Source: Acidobacteriia bacterium AH_259_A11_L15
GTDB lineage: Bacteria; Acidobacteriota; Terriglobia; Acidiferrales; 2-02-FULL-67-57
Assembly (NCBI GenBank): GCA_027717655.1
Contig: JALLOH010000003.1
Location: 6,160 to 70,159, forward strand
Reading direction: 5' to 3'
DNA length: 64,000 nt
This document shows, piece after piece, positions 48,247-57,102 of the stretch; the stretch's first letter is position 1, and each line of letters opens with the position of its first letter. The notes under the pieces are model-generated. The model worked only from the letters and a program-made list of their open reading frames with translations. It had not been told where the DNA came from and made no database searches. Position numbers and translations under genes: made by a program.

Positions 48247-48263
48247 ACAATTGTGCTACAATT
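48247..48263 (+). promoter_or_regulatory. Perfect palindrome CAATTGT-GCT-ACAATTG containing an extended -10 (TGcTACAAT)
   Basis: Read directly from the sequence; lies between the divergent repressor and the operon. Confidence 0.6.
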
Positions 48264-48283
48264 GAGATGCGCGGGAACTGGCC

Positions 48284-48667
48284 ATGGGAGAGCAGGCGAC
48301 CGGGGACCTAGTTCGGGAAGAGCTGGCCAAGCGGCTGGTTCACACTCTGCACCGGATATGCCTGGGGACAGAGGGGGTTAAGTACCACAAAGGAAAGCGC
48401 TTGGAGGAAGTGACAGTGCTGCTTCCGCTAGGTGTCAACGAAAAACTAGCGATCTTGAGCAATATCAGCGTCGTAAATCGGGCCCTAGACCATCCCACGG
48501 TATTTGAGCGACTTCCGGAGTTTTTCCCTTCCTCGGAATCGAAAGGCCAGTTGGTGCTGCCGTTCAAAGACCCTCCTCTCGAGGTATCAGCCAAAATGCC
48601 CGACGGTGGCGAAACGGGCCGTACACGCGGTCGTGGCAGCGTGGGGGTGCGCGTGGATGCGGCCTAG
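48284..48667 (+). CDS. Hypothetical protein (first gene of the operon)
   Basis: ATG just downstream of the promoter; contains QLVLPF. Confidence 0.55.
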   Translation: MGEQATGDLVREELAKRLVHTLHRICLGTEGVKYHKGKRLEEVTVLLPLGVNEKLAILSNISVVNRALDHPTVFERLPEFFPSSESKGQLVLPFKDPPLEVSAKMPDGGETGRTRGRGSVGVRVDAA

Positions 48668-48950
48668 AATCCCACTTCGGCGTTCGCACTTACGGACTTG
48701 TTCAAAATCAAAATATGCGCAGGCCGCCAGAGCTTTGATGGGGACCTACCCCTGGTCATCTCGATGGCTGGCCGGGGAAGCGATGGCCGCCGCGCAACAC
48801 GTCATCCGCTGCGCCGACTCAGGCCCGGACGGGGTTGTCCGCGAGGCTTACCAGGAACTTTGCAATTGGCTGCGTCGTGACCACACCCTCGCCAAGCGGC
48901 GGGAGCGCGAAACTGCATATCAGCACTTCTTCGGTAGGGGTGCAGGATGA
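48657..48950 (+). CDS. Hypothetical protein
   Basis: ATG at 48657 overlaps the previous gene; its stop overlaps the radical SAM ATG. Confidence 0.45.
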   Translation: MRPRIPLRRSHLRTCSKSKYAQAARALMGTYPWSSRWLAGEAMAAAQHVIRCADSGPDGVVREAYQELCNWLRRDHTLAKRRERETAYQHFFGRGAG

Positions 48951-49945
48951 AGGTCGTGGAGCGAGAAGGTCCGTTCATCAAGCGCTTCTCAGGACCGGAC
49001 GAAGAAAGCGCAATCATCTGCTTCAAGTTTTGGCAAGGGGTCATAGCGTCTGGCTGTGCCGGTAAATGCGACTATTGCTGGCTCCAGACGCAATCGCCTT
49101 ATAGCACCGGCAGATACGAACTAACAGGCACACTGTTCAGCAACCTCCCCGAACGGTTACCCGCCGAGCTCGCCAAGTGGCTGACGTTTCCCGTGCCGCG
49201 CGCGCTTATTTTTGGCGAAAACCAAGATGGCCTTGGGTTCGAGCACCCTTATAAGCGGATGTTCGGGGTAACGCCACTTGAGATCGCAATACCTATGTTC
49301 TCCGACCCCTCGGTCAATCGGGTTGGACACAAGCTAATCGTCCTTAGCAAATTTGATTCGGTTGACTATGCCCGTACCTTTCCGCCGAACCCCAACGTCA
49401 TCTTTTCCTGGTCTGTGAGTTCGGAATGGGTAAGTAGCCATCACGAAAAGGGCGTGGCACCTCTCGAGCGTCGTCTGACTTGTGCCGAACTCATGAAAAG
49501 CGACGGATCGCCGGTTCGCTTCCGGTTAGATCCCATGATTCCTCATGAAGGTTGGCAGCAAGATTATGCCCAGACCATTGCACGGATCAACGCAATCAAG
49601 CCTGAGATGGTGACGATCGGGGCATTACGCGCCACCAACAAGAATAAATTGAAGCAGGCGGCCAAGCGCAACAAGCGAGACGGATCCATCTTCAACATTC
49701 TTACTGAAAAGGACCCCTCGGATTTCAAATGGCGCATACCACTCAACCAACAGATTGACTTGTTTTCGTTCGCCATCATGCAGGTGGACAGTCATGTGGT
49801 TCCCGCGCTCTGCAAGGAAGACGAGACTATATGGCGTGCCGTCGATAAATGCCTCAAGGCCAAAGGACATCCAGGACTCACCTTCCGAGGATGTCACTGC
49901 GTGATTGCGGGTTCTAGGAAAGACGTTTTGGTGCAATTGAGTTAG
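48947..49945 (+). CDS. Spore photoproduct lyase (SplB)-like radical SAM protein
   Basis: GCAGKCDYCWLQ (CxxxCxxC), LSKFD, FSWSV, HEKGVAPLERRL, RLDPMI, TIGALR and ALCKE. Confidence 0.8.
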   Translation: MKVVEREGPFIKRFSGPDEESAIICFKFWQGVIASGCAGKCDYCWLQTQSPYSTGRYELTGTLFSNLPERLPAELAKWLTFPVPRALIFGENQDGLGFEHPYKRMFGVTPLEIAIPMFSDPSVNRVGHKLIVLSKFDSVDYARTFPPNPNVIFSWSVSSEWVSSHHEKGVAPLERRLTCAELMKSDGSPVRFRLDPMIPHEGWQQDYAQTIARINAIKPEMVTIGALRATNKNKLKQAAKRNKRDGSIFNILTEKDPSDFKWRIPLNQQIDLFSFAIMQVDSHVVPALCKEDETIWRAVDKCLKAKGHPGLTFRGCHCVIAGSRKDVLVQLS

Positions 49946-50056
49946 GGGGCGGAAACGTGTGGGATGGCCTCAGAGAAACTGGCTTGACCTTCTTAACATG
50001 GCCCTCACGGGCTGACCGAGGCCACTTGGACGAGCCTGAAGAACAAAGGAGGCACT

Positions 50057-50551
50057 ATGCGCTATCTACCAGGGGATGTTCCTGACGCGTACCGTGACTT
50101 TGATGGTCCGGAAAACTTTGCGAACGCAGCTCCTCCATCGCACCGAACACCTCTCATGTTGCTGCTAGCGGTTTCCTTGCTCCTAGCGCTAGCTGTGGGT
50201 GGGTTCGCATACCTACGGAAGACACCTCCACAAACAGATGCACAAGCGGCGGCCGTAGGGAGCGGGGCCACCAAAGCACAAGCCGGCGACGTTTTTGGCG
50301 AACCTCGCGCAGAGTACCTCTCGTTACGTACCCAGCACGATGCTGGGAACCACGCGAAGCTTGTTCACCGCCTACTTGATCGTTCGATCCGTGAACTCAA
50401 TGAAGCCGAGAGCGAATTGGACAAGCTGCGCTCCGTCTACGCCGAGAGTGTGGTTGACAAAGCGACTCAGAAGGTCAGGGCAGCTCGGCAGAACCTAGAG
50501 ACGGCGCATGGCGAAATCAAGACTATCGAGGCTCTCATAATCAGAAAATGA
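50057..50551 (+). CDS. Single-TM coiled-coil protein
   Basis: AAGGAGG RBS; LMLLLAVSLLLALAVGGFAYL followed by heptads. Confidence 0.7.
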   Translation: MRYLPGDVPDAYRDFDGPENFANAAPPSHRTPLMLLLAVSLLLALAVGGFAYLRKTPPQTDAQAAAVGSGATKAQAGDVFGEPRAEYLSLRTQHDAGNHAKLVHRLLDRSIRELNEAESELDKLRSVYAESVVDKATQKVRAARQNLETAHGEIKTIEALIIRK

Positions 50552-50593
50552 AGTTTTCGACGAGGCGGTCAGGAACAGACAAAGGAGGAAGCG

Positions 50594-50989
50594 ATGCAAA
50601 CTGCGACCATGAACCACGTCGTTAAGTCGAGGGGTGCTTTGCCAATTCCCAGAAACCCGAGGAGCTTTCTGGCCTTGACGGAAGCACGATCCCCAGCTCG
50701 TTTGGCAGCTGTTGGCTTGGCACTGCCCGATTCTGCTAGTCATCTGACCGGGCTGCCCATGCCGGCGATGAGCACTGCCACTGTGTCTGGAGAGAGGCTT
50801 CCGATCTTGGCCGGGATGCCAACCCAGGTCACGGTCAAGGCGCTCAAGCGGATGCTCGAACTGGACACAGCGGACCGATTGATGCGCGTAACCGACAAAG
50901 GAACGGCAGAGCTGCTCGGCGACACCGACGTGGTCGACTTGATGGAACGTTGCAACCTTGAGGTCGTAAGACCAAACGTTGACTCCTAG
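50594..50989 (+). CDS. Putative ubiquitin-like (beta-grasp) protein with a low-complexity N-terminal extension
   Basis: AAGGAGG RBS. The C-terminal ~70 aa follow a Ubl pattern (TVSG-ERLPI / VTVKALKRML / RLMRV / ELLGDTDVVDL / NLEVV-tail). Confidence 0.5.
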   Translation: MQTATMNHVVKSRGALPIPRNPRSFLALTEARSPARLAAVGLALPDSASHLTGLPMPAMSTATVSGERLPILAGMPTQVTVKALKRMLELDTADRLMRVTDKGTAELLGDTDVVDLMERCNLEVVRPNVDS

Positions 50990-51024
50990 CCTGCTTTCTG
51001 GCCGCCTCGCCCTCAGGAGTCAAG

Positions 51025-51675
51025 ATGGATCAAGAGCTTTTGAAGAACATTGCTCTGACAGCGATCGCCGTTTTCTTTTTTCTGCTCAGTGCTTCTCTCC
51101 TATACCGCTGGGCTGTGGAGGAGTACTGGCGCTCTCGAGAGAGAGCTTTCGAGAAGAGGAAACGACGGATGGCTGAAGAACGCATGCGCAAAATCCGTGA
51201 AAAAGAGGCACAGGAAATGCAAGCGGAGCAGGAACTCGCAGCACAAGGCCGAGAGCTCATTGCCAAGGTTTCCGGTCCCTCCCTCCGGAAAGCAAAGGCT
51301 GTGTTCGGCGAGTTACGTGCGAACCGGGTAGGCCTAGCCAAGTATTCGTATATTTGCTTCAAGACGTTGCAATATGTAGCTGACTGCTGCGATGGCTTCC
51401 CTTCTCCGTATCAGCTAGCGGACCAGGACCCAGACCGGAGGAGGACGCAACTGCAGGTGCTCTCTACAGCTTCTGCGGGATTGGAAGTTTTGAACGCGTC
51501 ACATAACGACATCGTGTTCGACGCGAGTCTCATCACGTGGAAAGTCAATTTAGAGAAAGTGCGCTACGAGATTTGCCCCAGCTGCCCGGTGGTCGAGAAT
51601 CCTGGGAAATACACCGACGCATGTCCTGTCATGATGATCACAAGTGTGGATAAGCAAGATGGCGAGGAAGAATAA
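51025..51675 (+). CDS. Single-TM coiled-coil protein with a Cys-rich C-terminus
   Basis: TM helix, charged coiled coil, CCDG, CPSCP and ACP. Confidence 0.7.
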   Translation: MDQELLKNIALTAIAVFFFLLSASLLYRWAVEEYWRSRERAFEKRKRRMAEERMRKIREKEAQEMQAEQELAAQGRELIAKVSGPSLRKAKAVFGELRANRVGLAKYSYICFKTLQYVADCCDGFPSPYQLADQDPDRRRTQLQVLSTASAGLEVLNASHNDIVFDASLITWKVNLEKVRYEICPSCPVVENPGKYTDACPVMMITSVDKQDGEEE

Positions 51676-52489
51676 TAGGAATTCCAGCTTCTGCTACGAA
51701 GAATGGTTCAGCGCTCAGCAATCCCTGATCGGGATTGAGGGCTCACAGGCGCTGCGTCAAATGAGCATTCTTATTGCTGGTGCCGGCGGACTCGGTTACA
51801 ACTTAGCGGTATTTGCGGCTCGTTCAGGCGTTGAGGCCATATACCAGTGTGATTCGCAGGTGGTTGAAGTCGATGATAACCTCAACCGAATCTTCGCCAA
51901 CACTAGGCATCTGGGTAAAACGAAGCTCTCGGTAGTTGAGGAGCTGCTGCATTGCTTTGATCGAGCATCAGTTGATAAGAATTTCAATTACACGCCGTTA
52001 GCTTTTCCGGTCGAACATCCAAGAGTTCGCGTTTACTTAAAGCAGGCCGATTTCTTGATGTCTTCTCCAAACTCAATCGATTCTAGATTATGGCTTCTGC
52101 GGTATGCTCGGGACAATAAAAAGCTTTTATTTAACGTCGGCTTCTCATGTGCACCTGGAAAACACATGAGCGGCGAGGTGTCGATTTTCCGGCCGAGTAG
52201 ACGAGATCTTGCCTGTCCTGCGTGTATTTCCCTCAAAGCACAAGACGACTCTACGCGCAGTCCTCTGTTTTATCCGCCTTTGGCCGTGCTTGCTGCTTTC
52301 GCCATACATCTTGCGATAGCAGAAGTCACCAATTTTGATTGTCTTGGGGAGGACCGACCAAACTACTTTCTGTACGACGGCTTCAGCCATTTGCTCGCGG
52401 GTTTTCGGCTGGAACCTGATCCTGACTGCGAAGTTTGCCAAACAAAATCTCCAATGAGGGAGAAGAAGAGATTTGAGCGCGCCGAATAA
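51659..52489 (+). CDS. ThiF/MoeB/E1-family adenylyltransferase
   Basis: IAGAGGLG, DNLNRIF, GKTK, CPAC and PDCEVC Zn sites. Confidence 0.85.
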   Translation: MARKNNRNSSFCYEEWFSAQQSLIGIEGSQALRQMSILIAGAGGLGYNLAVFAARSGVEAIYQCDSQVVEVDDNLNRIFANTRHLGKTKLSVVEELLHCFDRASVDKNFNYTPLAFPVEHPRVRVYLKQADFLMSSPNSIDSRLWLLRYARDNKKLLFNVGFSCAPGKHMSGEVSIFRPSRRDLACPACISLKAQDDSTRSPLFYPPLAVLAAFAIHLAIAEVTNFDCLGEDRPNYFLYDGFSHLLAGFRLEPDPDCEVCQTKSPMREKKRFERAE

Positions 52490-52494
52490 AAGCC

Positions 52495-52815
52495 GTGGAA
52501 TACTTCGGCATCGCAGTATTGGCTCTCTTGATATTTATATTGGTCTCTCTGGTGGGTATCCCGGCCAGCCTCTTGCCTTTTGTATATTCCCCGACCTTGA
52601 GTTTTCGTCACGTGATTATCAGCCTTGCGGCATTCATGTGTTCCCTGGCAATCGGACTTGCTCCTCGAGAGCCAATGCTACTGATCCCAGTCGGTGTTTT
52701 TTTCCTTATGTTCGGACAGAAAATCATCACCGATCCTTTCTCGAACGGGATCTTCGGAGCAGCGCTTTTATTCGGCATTATCTTTGCCGGGCTAGTTTGG
52801 TTGTTCGGAATTTGA
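52495..52815 (+). CDS. Small multi-pass membrane protein
   Basis: Almost entirely hydrophobic (about 4 helices). Confidence 0.6.
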   Translation: MEYFGIAVLALLIFILVSLVGIPASLLPFVYSPTLSFRHVIISLAAFMCSLAIGLAPREPMLLIPVGVFFLMFGQKIITDPFSNGIFGAALLFGIIFAGLVWLFGI

Positions 52816-52838
52816 TCAGCGACTAAGGGGATGCTGGC

Positions 52839-53093
52839 ATGAGCTTTCGCGACAACGACAGAGCTCTGGCAGCTAGGAAGGATGACATCCTTTTTAGGGT
52901 GTGCGTAGTGGCCTGGGTAGTGCTCAGCCTTTACTCCATAGGTAGCGGGTACATTACCACCCTCAGATGGGCCGTAACTTTAACAGTTATTGGGAGCGTA
53001 TCCCTCACAATCGGATTAGTACTCCACTCCCCTGAAGCAAAGTGGCTTTCGCGGGCAATTCCGTTCATTGCTTTGCTGGCATACAGCGTTTGA
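52839..53093 (+). CDS. Small membrane protein
   Basis: About 3 hydrophobic segments; AAGGGG RBS. Confidence 0.55.
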   Translation: MSFRDNDRALAARKDDILFRVCVVAWVVLSLYSIGSGYITTLRWAVTLTVIGSVSLTIGLVLHSPEAKWLSRAIPFIALLAYSV

Positions 53094-53168
53094 AGGAGGA
53101 CTCGAAAGACTGCGGTTTCTAAACTGAACTAGCTTCAAAGAACCCATTTGGGTGCCCAAGGGCGTAGA

Positions 53169-53342
53169 ATGAAGCTCCAAACGGTAGAGGATGCGGTTTT
53201 CCGCAAACGAATTTCTGATCCGGAAAGACGGGAGAAAAACAAGGGGAAAACCATATTTTGTCGTGAGGTCATCGAAATGGTGGCGCAAGCTTTGGTGGAA
53301 ATGCTAAAAGAGGAAAAAGAAACCCGATTCAAAAAGGATTGA
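53169..53342 (+). CDS. Small basic protein overlapping the recombinase start (candidate directionality factor)
   Basis: Its stop overlaps the recombinase TTG. Function is inferred from position only. Confidence 0.4.
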   Translation: MKLQTVEDAVFRKRISDPERREKNKGKTIFCREVIEMVAQALVEMLKEEKETRFKKD

Positions 53343-55420
53343 GTTCCGTGGAAAGAATCAGTGCGCTATATCAACGGGTTACGGCAGAAGAATCGTTCCG
53401 CCGTCAGATGAGTTTGCCGGCCCAAAAGACCGAAGCCGAAGAGCTGGCCAGGAGGCACGGCTGGCAGTTCAAACACTATACGGAACCACGCCATTGCAAA
53501 GCGAGCGAGTGGGATCGTCCTGCGCTTAACGAGCTGATACGAGACATTGAGGCCGATCTTATAAGTCGTGTGGTTGTCCGACATGAAGACCGCCTATGGC
53601 GTGACCTTGGGATCCAGCAGCGTCTTTTGGAAATATTTCGAAAACACAATGTGGAGTTTTGGGCATTTCGTGGACCACTCGACTACCTAAGTGCTCATGG
53701 GCGACTGGTTTTGAACGTGACGGGCAGCGCAGCTCAGTTCGAACGCGAGATTACAGGTGAGCGAATCCGTTCGATGAAGCGGTCGAAGGCTATGAAGGGA
53801 CAACCTGCTGGTGGCCCTGCGCCTTTTGGGTACACATCCCAGGCGCGACTGGAAAGAGAACTAGTCGCGAAGGATGGTCTTGATCAGGACGCCGCATACA
53901 AGAGGGCTTGTGAACTGATTCCTGTCGCTAAGTCTTGGGTAGTGGATGAGGCAGAGGCCGAGAGCGTGCGAATAATCTTCGACCATTATGTCAAGATGCG
54001 ATGGGGTTGCCGCAAGATCGCCAAGTATCTCAACGAAATAGGGCATCGTCGCCGGTCCGGCCTTCCGTGGCACCCGGACAAGGTCCGCAGGATAATCAAC
54101 GATCCGTGCGTTGCTGGTTTTACCAGCTTCGATACAGAAGCCTATGACTCCCACGTGACATCCAAAGCGCCCAAGTCTAAGCAGACCCTTTTCAAGGCTG
54201 AGCACAAGCCGATCATCGAATCCGACCAATGGTTTGCAGCTCAGCGGCTCAAAGCAGAAAACACAACCAGTAACCGCACAAGGGTAACTGCGCGTCAAGT
54301 CTATGCGCTCTCGGGCATCCTGGTTTGTGCAAGATGCGGGTCGCGCATGAAGGGTAAAAGCTCAGGCAGAAGTGGGTACTCCTATTACGTGTGCGCTAGG
54401 CGGGCAGCGTTCGGGCAAGAAGGGTGTGACGCTCCTCTTCTAAACTCACGCATGGTTGAGGACTGTGTGTGGAATTACCTTCAGGAATATCTTTCGAAGC
54501 CTGAAGGCGTCGTGGAATTCGTCAAAAAGGTCAACAAGAAGCTAAAGGAAAAGGTGCCTGGAATCGACGACAGGATCAAGCAGACCGAGAGGGAGATTCA
54601 AGAAATCGATGCCAAGCTTGCCAAATATTATGCCCGCTATGAGAGGGCCAAGAACGATTTGGAGGCAGGTGCAGCCTGGGACCGGATAGTTGAGCTGAAA
54701 GATCTAAAAATTCGAAACCAGCGCACTCTTGCCGAGTTGCGGAAGCAGGAAAGTGCTTTGAAGCTTGAGGAGATGGACGTTGAGAAGGCTCAGCACTACA
54801 TCAAGTCTCTTTACGTGTTTATGCGGGACCATCCGTTCGAGCGACGCGCTCTTTGTTTGGCACTCAAGCAGAACCACGGTTTTACGGTCACGGTTCTGTC
54901 CAGGAGCAAGCTTGTTGCCTCTATGGAGTTTGATAGGCTGACGGAAATCGGACTGGGAAAAGATAGGACAGACACTGGTAGGGACTCATCAGACGCGTCT
55001 TTGGCCTATGTGTCTGGGATGGGGCAAAACTATGCTGGCCAAGCGCGTGCCCACTATCCTGCCGCCGCTCACCCTGGACGAGGCCATCCAGACCACCAAG
55101 GTCCACAGTGTCACCGGGGTGCTCGAAGACAGCCGTGGGCTCATCCCCACGCGCCCTTTCCGCGCCCCCCACCACACCATCTCCGACGCGGGCTTGATTG
55201 GCGGCGGGACGATTCCGCGGCCGGGCGAGGTCTCGCTGGCGCACAACGGGGTGCTGTTCCTGGACGAGCTGCCCGAGTTCCAGCGCAGCGCCCTGGAGGT
55301 GCTGCGGCAACCCCTCGAAGACGGCCTGGTCACCATCTCCCGGGCCATCACCAGCTTGACCTTCCCCGCCCGCTTCACGCTGGCGGCGGCCATGAACCCC
55401 TGCCCCTGCGGGTACTTTAA
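53339..55420 (+). CDS. Large serine-family recombinase (resolvase + recombinase + Zn ribbon + coiled coil); ORF runs through the att site
   Basis: [49 protein letters not shown] and YYVC...GC. Confidence 0.92.
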   Translation: MSSVERISALYQRVTAEESFRRQMSLPAQKTEAEELARRHGWQFKHYTEPRHCKASEWDRPALNELIRDIEADLISRVVVRHEDRLWRDLGIQQRLLEIFRKHNVEFWAFRGPLDYLSAHGRLVLNVTGSAAQFEREITGERIRSMKRSKAMKGQPAGGPAPFGYTSQARLERELVAKDGLDQDAAYKRACELIPVAKSWVVDEAEAESVRIIFDHYVKMRWGCRKIAKYLNEIGHRRRSGLPWHPDKVRRIINDPCVAGFTSFDTEAYDSHVTSKAPKSKQTLFKAEHKPIIESDQWFAAQRLKAENTTSNRTRVTARQVYALSGILVCARCGSRMKGKSSGRSGYSYYVCARRAAFGQEGCDAPLLNSRMVEDCVWNYLQEYLSKPEGVVEFVKKVNKKLKEKVPGIDDRIKQTEREIQEIDAKLAKYYARYERAKNDLEAGAAWDRIVELKDLKIRNQRTLAELRKQESALKLEEMDVEKAQHYIKSLYVFMRDHPFERRALCLALKQNHGFTVTVLSRSKLVASMEFDRLTEIGLGKDRTDTGRDSSDASLAYVSGMGQNYAGQARAHYPAAAHPGRGHPDHQGPQCHRGARRQPWAHPHAPFPRPPPHHLRRGLDWRRDDSAAGRGLAGAQRGAVPGRAARVPAQRPGGAAATPRRRPGHHLPGHHQLDLPRPLHAGGGHEPLPLRVL
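54992..55049. other. att junction of the island in comM
   Basis: Imperfect inverted arms ACGCG..TTGGCC (54993-55006) and GGCCAA..CGCGT (55037-55048) around the GC-shift point. Confidence 0.7.
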
Positions 55421-55880
55421 CGACCCCACCCGCGAGTGCCGCTGCACGCCCACGCAGATCCAGCGCTACGTGCAGAAAATCTCCGGCCCCTTGCTCGATC
55501 GCATCGATATCCACATCGACGTTCCCGCCGTCCGCTACAAGGAGCTCCGCGGGGCCGCCCCCCGGGAAGGGTCGGCGGAGTTGCGCGCCCGCGTGATGCG
55601 CGCCCGCCAGCGGCAACTGGAGCGCTTCCGCGGCGAGAAGATGTACTCCAACGCCCAGATGCCTTCCCGGCTCATCCGCAAGGTCTGCGAAATCGACGCC
55701 GACTCCGAGAAGCTGCTGGAGACCGCCATCACCCGCCTGGGGCTGAGCGCCCGGGCGCACGACCGCATCCTGAAGGTGGCGCGCACCATCGCCGACCTGG
55801 GCGACTCCGAGCGCATCGCCGCCAAGCACCTCTCCGAGGCCGTCCAGTACCGCACCCTGGACCGTACCTACTGGACCTAG
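55021..55880 (+). pseudogene. comM: 3' part of comM/yifB (Mg-chelatase-like AAA+), interrupted at Walker A
   Basis: [50 protein letters not shown] and [18 protein letters not shown]. The N-terminal ~220 aa of a typical ComM are absent. Confidence 0.95.
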
Positions 55881-55933
55881 CAATCCCTCCGGCGGGTGAG
55901 ACCGTCGCGATGTGATAAACTGCTTAGGCCCAG

Positions 55934-56821
55934 ATGAGTCGCATCAGCAGCTTCGTTCTTCTCGTGGCGCTGGCCACGGGCATCGGCTGGGCCGCGCGGC
56001 AGAGCTCCCCCGCCGCCAACGACGCGGCCACGGTCGAGGTGGACTCCGCCTGGGTGGCGACCCACTTGCTCAACTTGCGGCGCATCCTCAACCTACCGGG
56101 CTCGATCCGGCTCGACTTCAAGGAAAAAGGCGAGAGCTCCGTCCCGGGTTATCACCTGCTGCTGTTCGACCTGCGGAGAGGGGAGGAGCGCCGCACAATC
56201 CAGCTCTACGTCAGCCAGGACGGCCGCAGCGTCTTCTACGACCGCCTGTACGATGTGGAGAAGCCCTTCCAGAGATTCCGCGACGGCATCCGGCTGGAAG
56301 AGGAGCCGACCCGCGGCCCCGACGACGCCCTGGTGACCATCGTCGAGTACTCCGACTACACCTGCGGCTACTGTCGCCAGTTCTTCAACACCCTGGAAGA
56401 GCCGCTGTTCGAGCGCTACGGCGGCCAGGTTCGTCTGGTCTACAAGCATTTCCCGTTGACCGGGTCGCGCGCCTGGGCCGAGGACGCGGCGATCGCCTCC
56501 GCCTGCGCCTACCGGCAGGGCAACGACCGCTTCTGGGCGCTCCACGCCAAGCTGTTCCAGGCGGCCACGCGCTTGCGGGAAGGGAAATCAGTTCTCCTGG
56601 AGCTGGCCCGGCAGGCGGGACTGGACTTGCCCGCCTTTCGCCAGTGCCTCGAGCAACAGGACGCCTTGATCGACATCGCTCAGGATGTCGAGGAAGGCGA
56701 GCGCCTGGGCGTGGACGGCACCCCCTCCTTCTTCGTCAACGGTCGCCCCATCCCCGGCCTGCTGCCTCCCGAGCATTTCTTTCACATCGTGGACGAAGAG
56801 CTGGCCGCCGCCCGCCGCTAG
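55934..56821 (+). CDS. Exported DsbA/thioredoxin-fold protein
   Basis: Signal peptide, EYSDYTCGYC, YKHFPL and GVDGTPSFFVNG. Confidence 0.9.
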   Translation: MSRISSFVLLVALATGIGWAARQSSPAANDAATVEVDSAWVATHLLNLRRILNLPGSIRLDFKEKGESSVPGYHLLLFDLRRGEERRTIQLYVSQDGRSVFYDRLYDVEKPFQRFRDGIRLEEEPTRGPDDALVTIVEYSDYTCGYCRQFFNTLEEPLFERYGGQVRLVYKHFPLTGSRAWAEDAAIASACAYRQGNDRFWALHAKLFQAATRLREGKSVLLELARQAGLDLPAFRQCLEQQDALIDIAQDVEEGERLGVDGTPSFFVNGRPIPGLLPPEHFFHIVDEELAAARR

Positions 56822-57102
56822 TCATTTAAATACGGATTCAGGAAGTCGTTGCGGAGGGCAGGCTCATCGTAGGCAGGGCTCTTGTATTGAGTGTGAACTT
56901 CCTTCACCAGCATGGCGCGGCCTCTGCAGATGGTGATTGACCCAACGCCCTGCGGTCTCCTTCTGGTCGAATAGCTCCGTAGTCCTGTAAGGCGGGATAA
57001 CTAGACGGAAGAAGTTCGGTGGGGGGGTGAAGTGAACTTGGGGAGGAGTTTAGCTAGCTACTAGTTTGCCCAACTAAAGTTGCCACTTTCATACCATGTG
57101 AC

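Larger units (their letters stand above)
1..55020. mobile_element. Genomic island integrated in comM/yifB (left end outside the window)
   Basis: Abrupt switch to GC-rich codon usage at ~55021. comM is truncated exactly at Walker A, with a large serine-family recombinase adjacent. Cargo is defence and mobile-element genes. Confidence 0.9.

Noticed and set aside
48947-52489. Classical RiPP cluster (radical SAM + ThiF + precursor)
   Set aside because: The radical SAM is SplB-like with no SPASM or RRE domain, there is no short precursor, peptidase or exporter, and the small ORF looks more like a folded Ubl.
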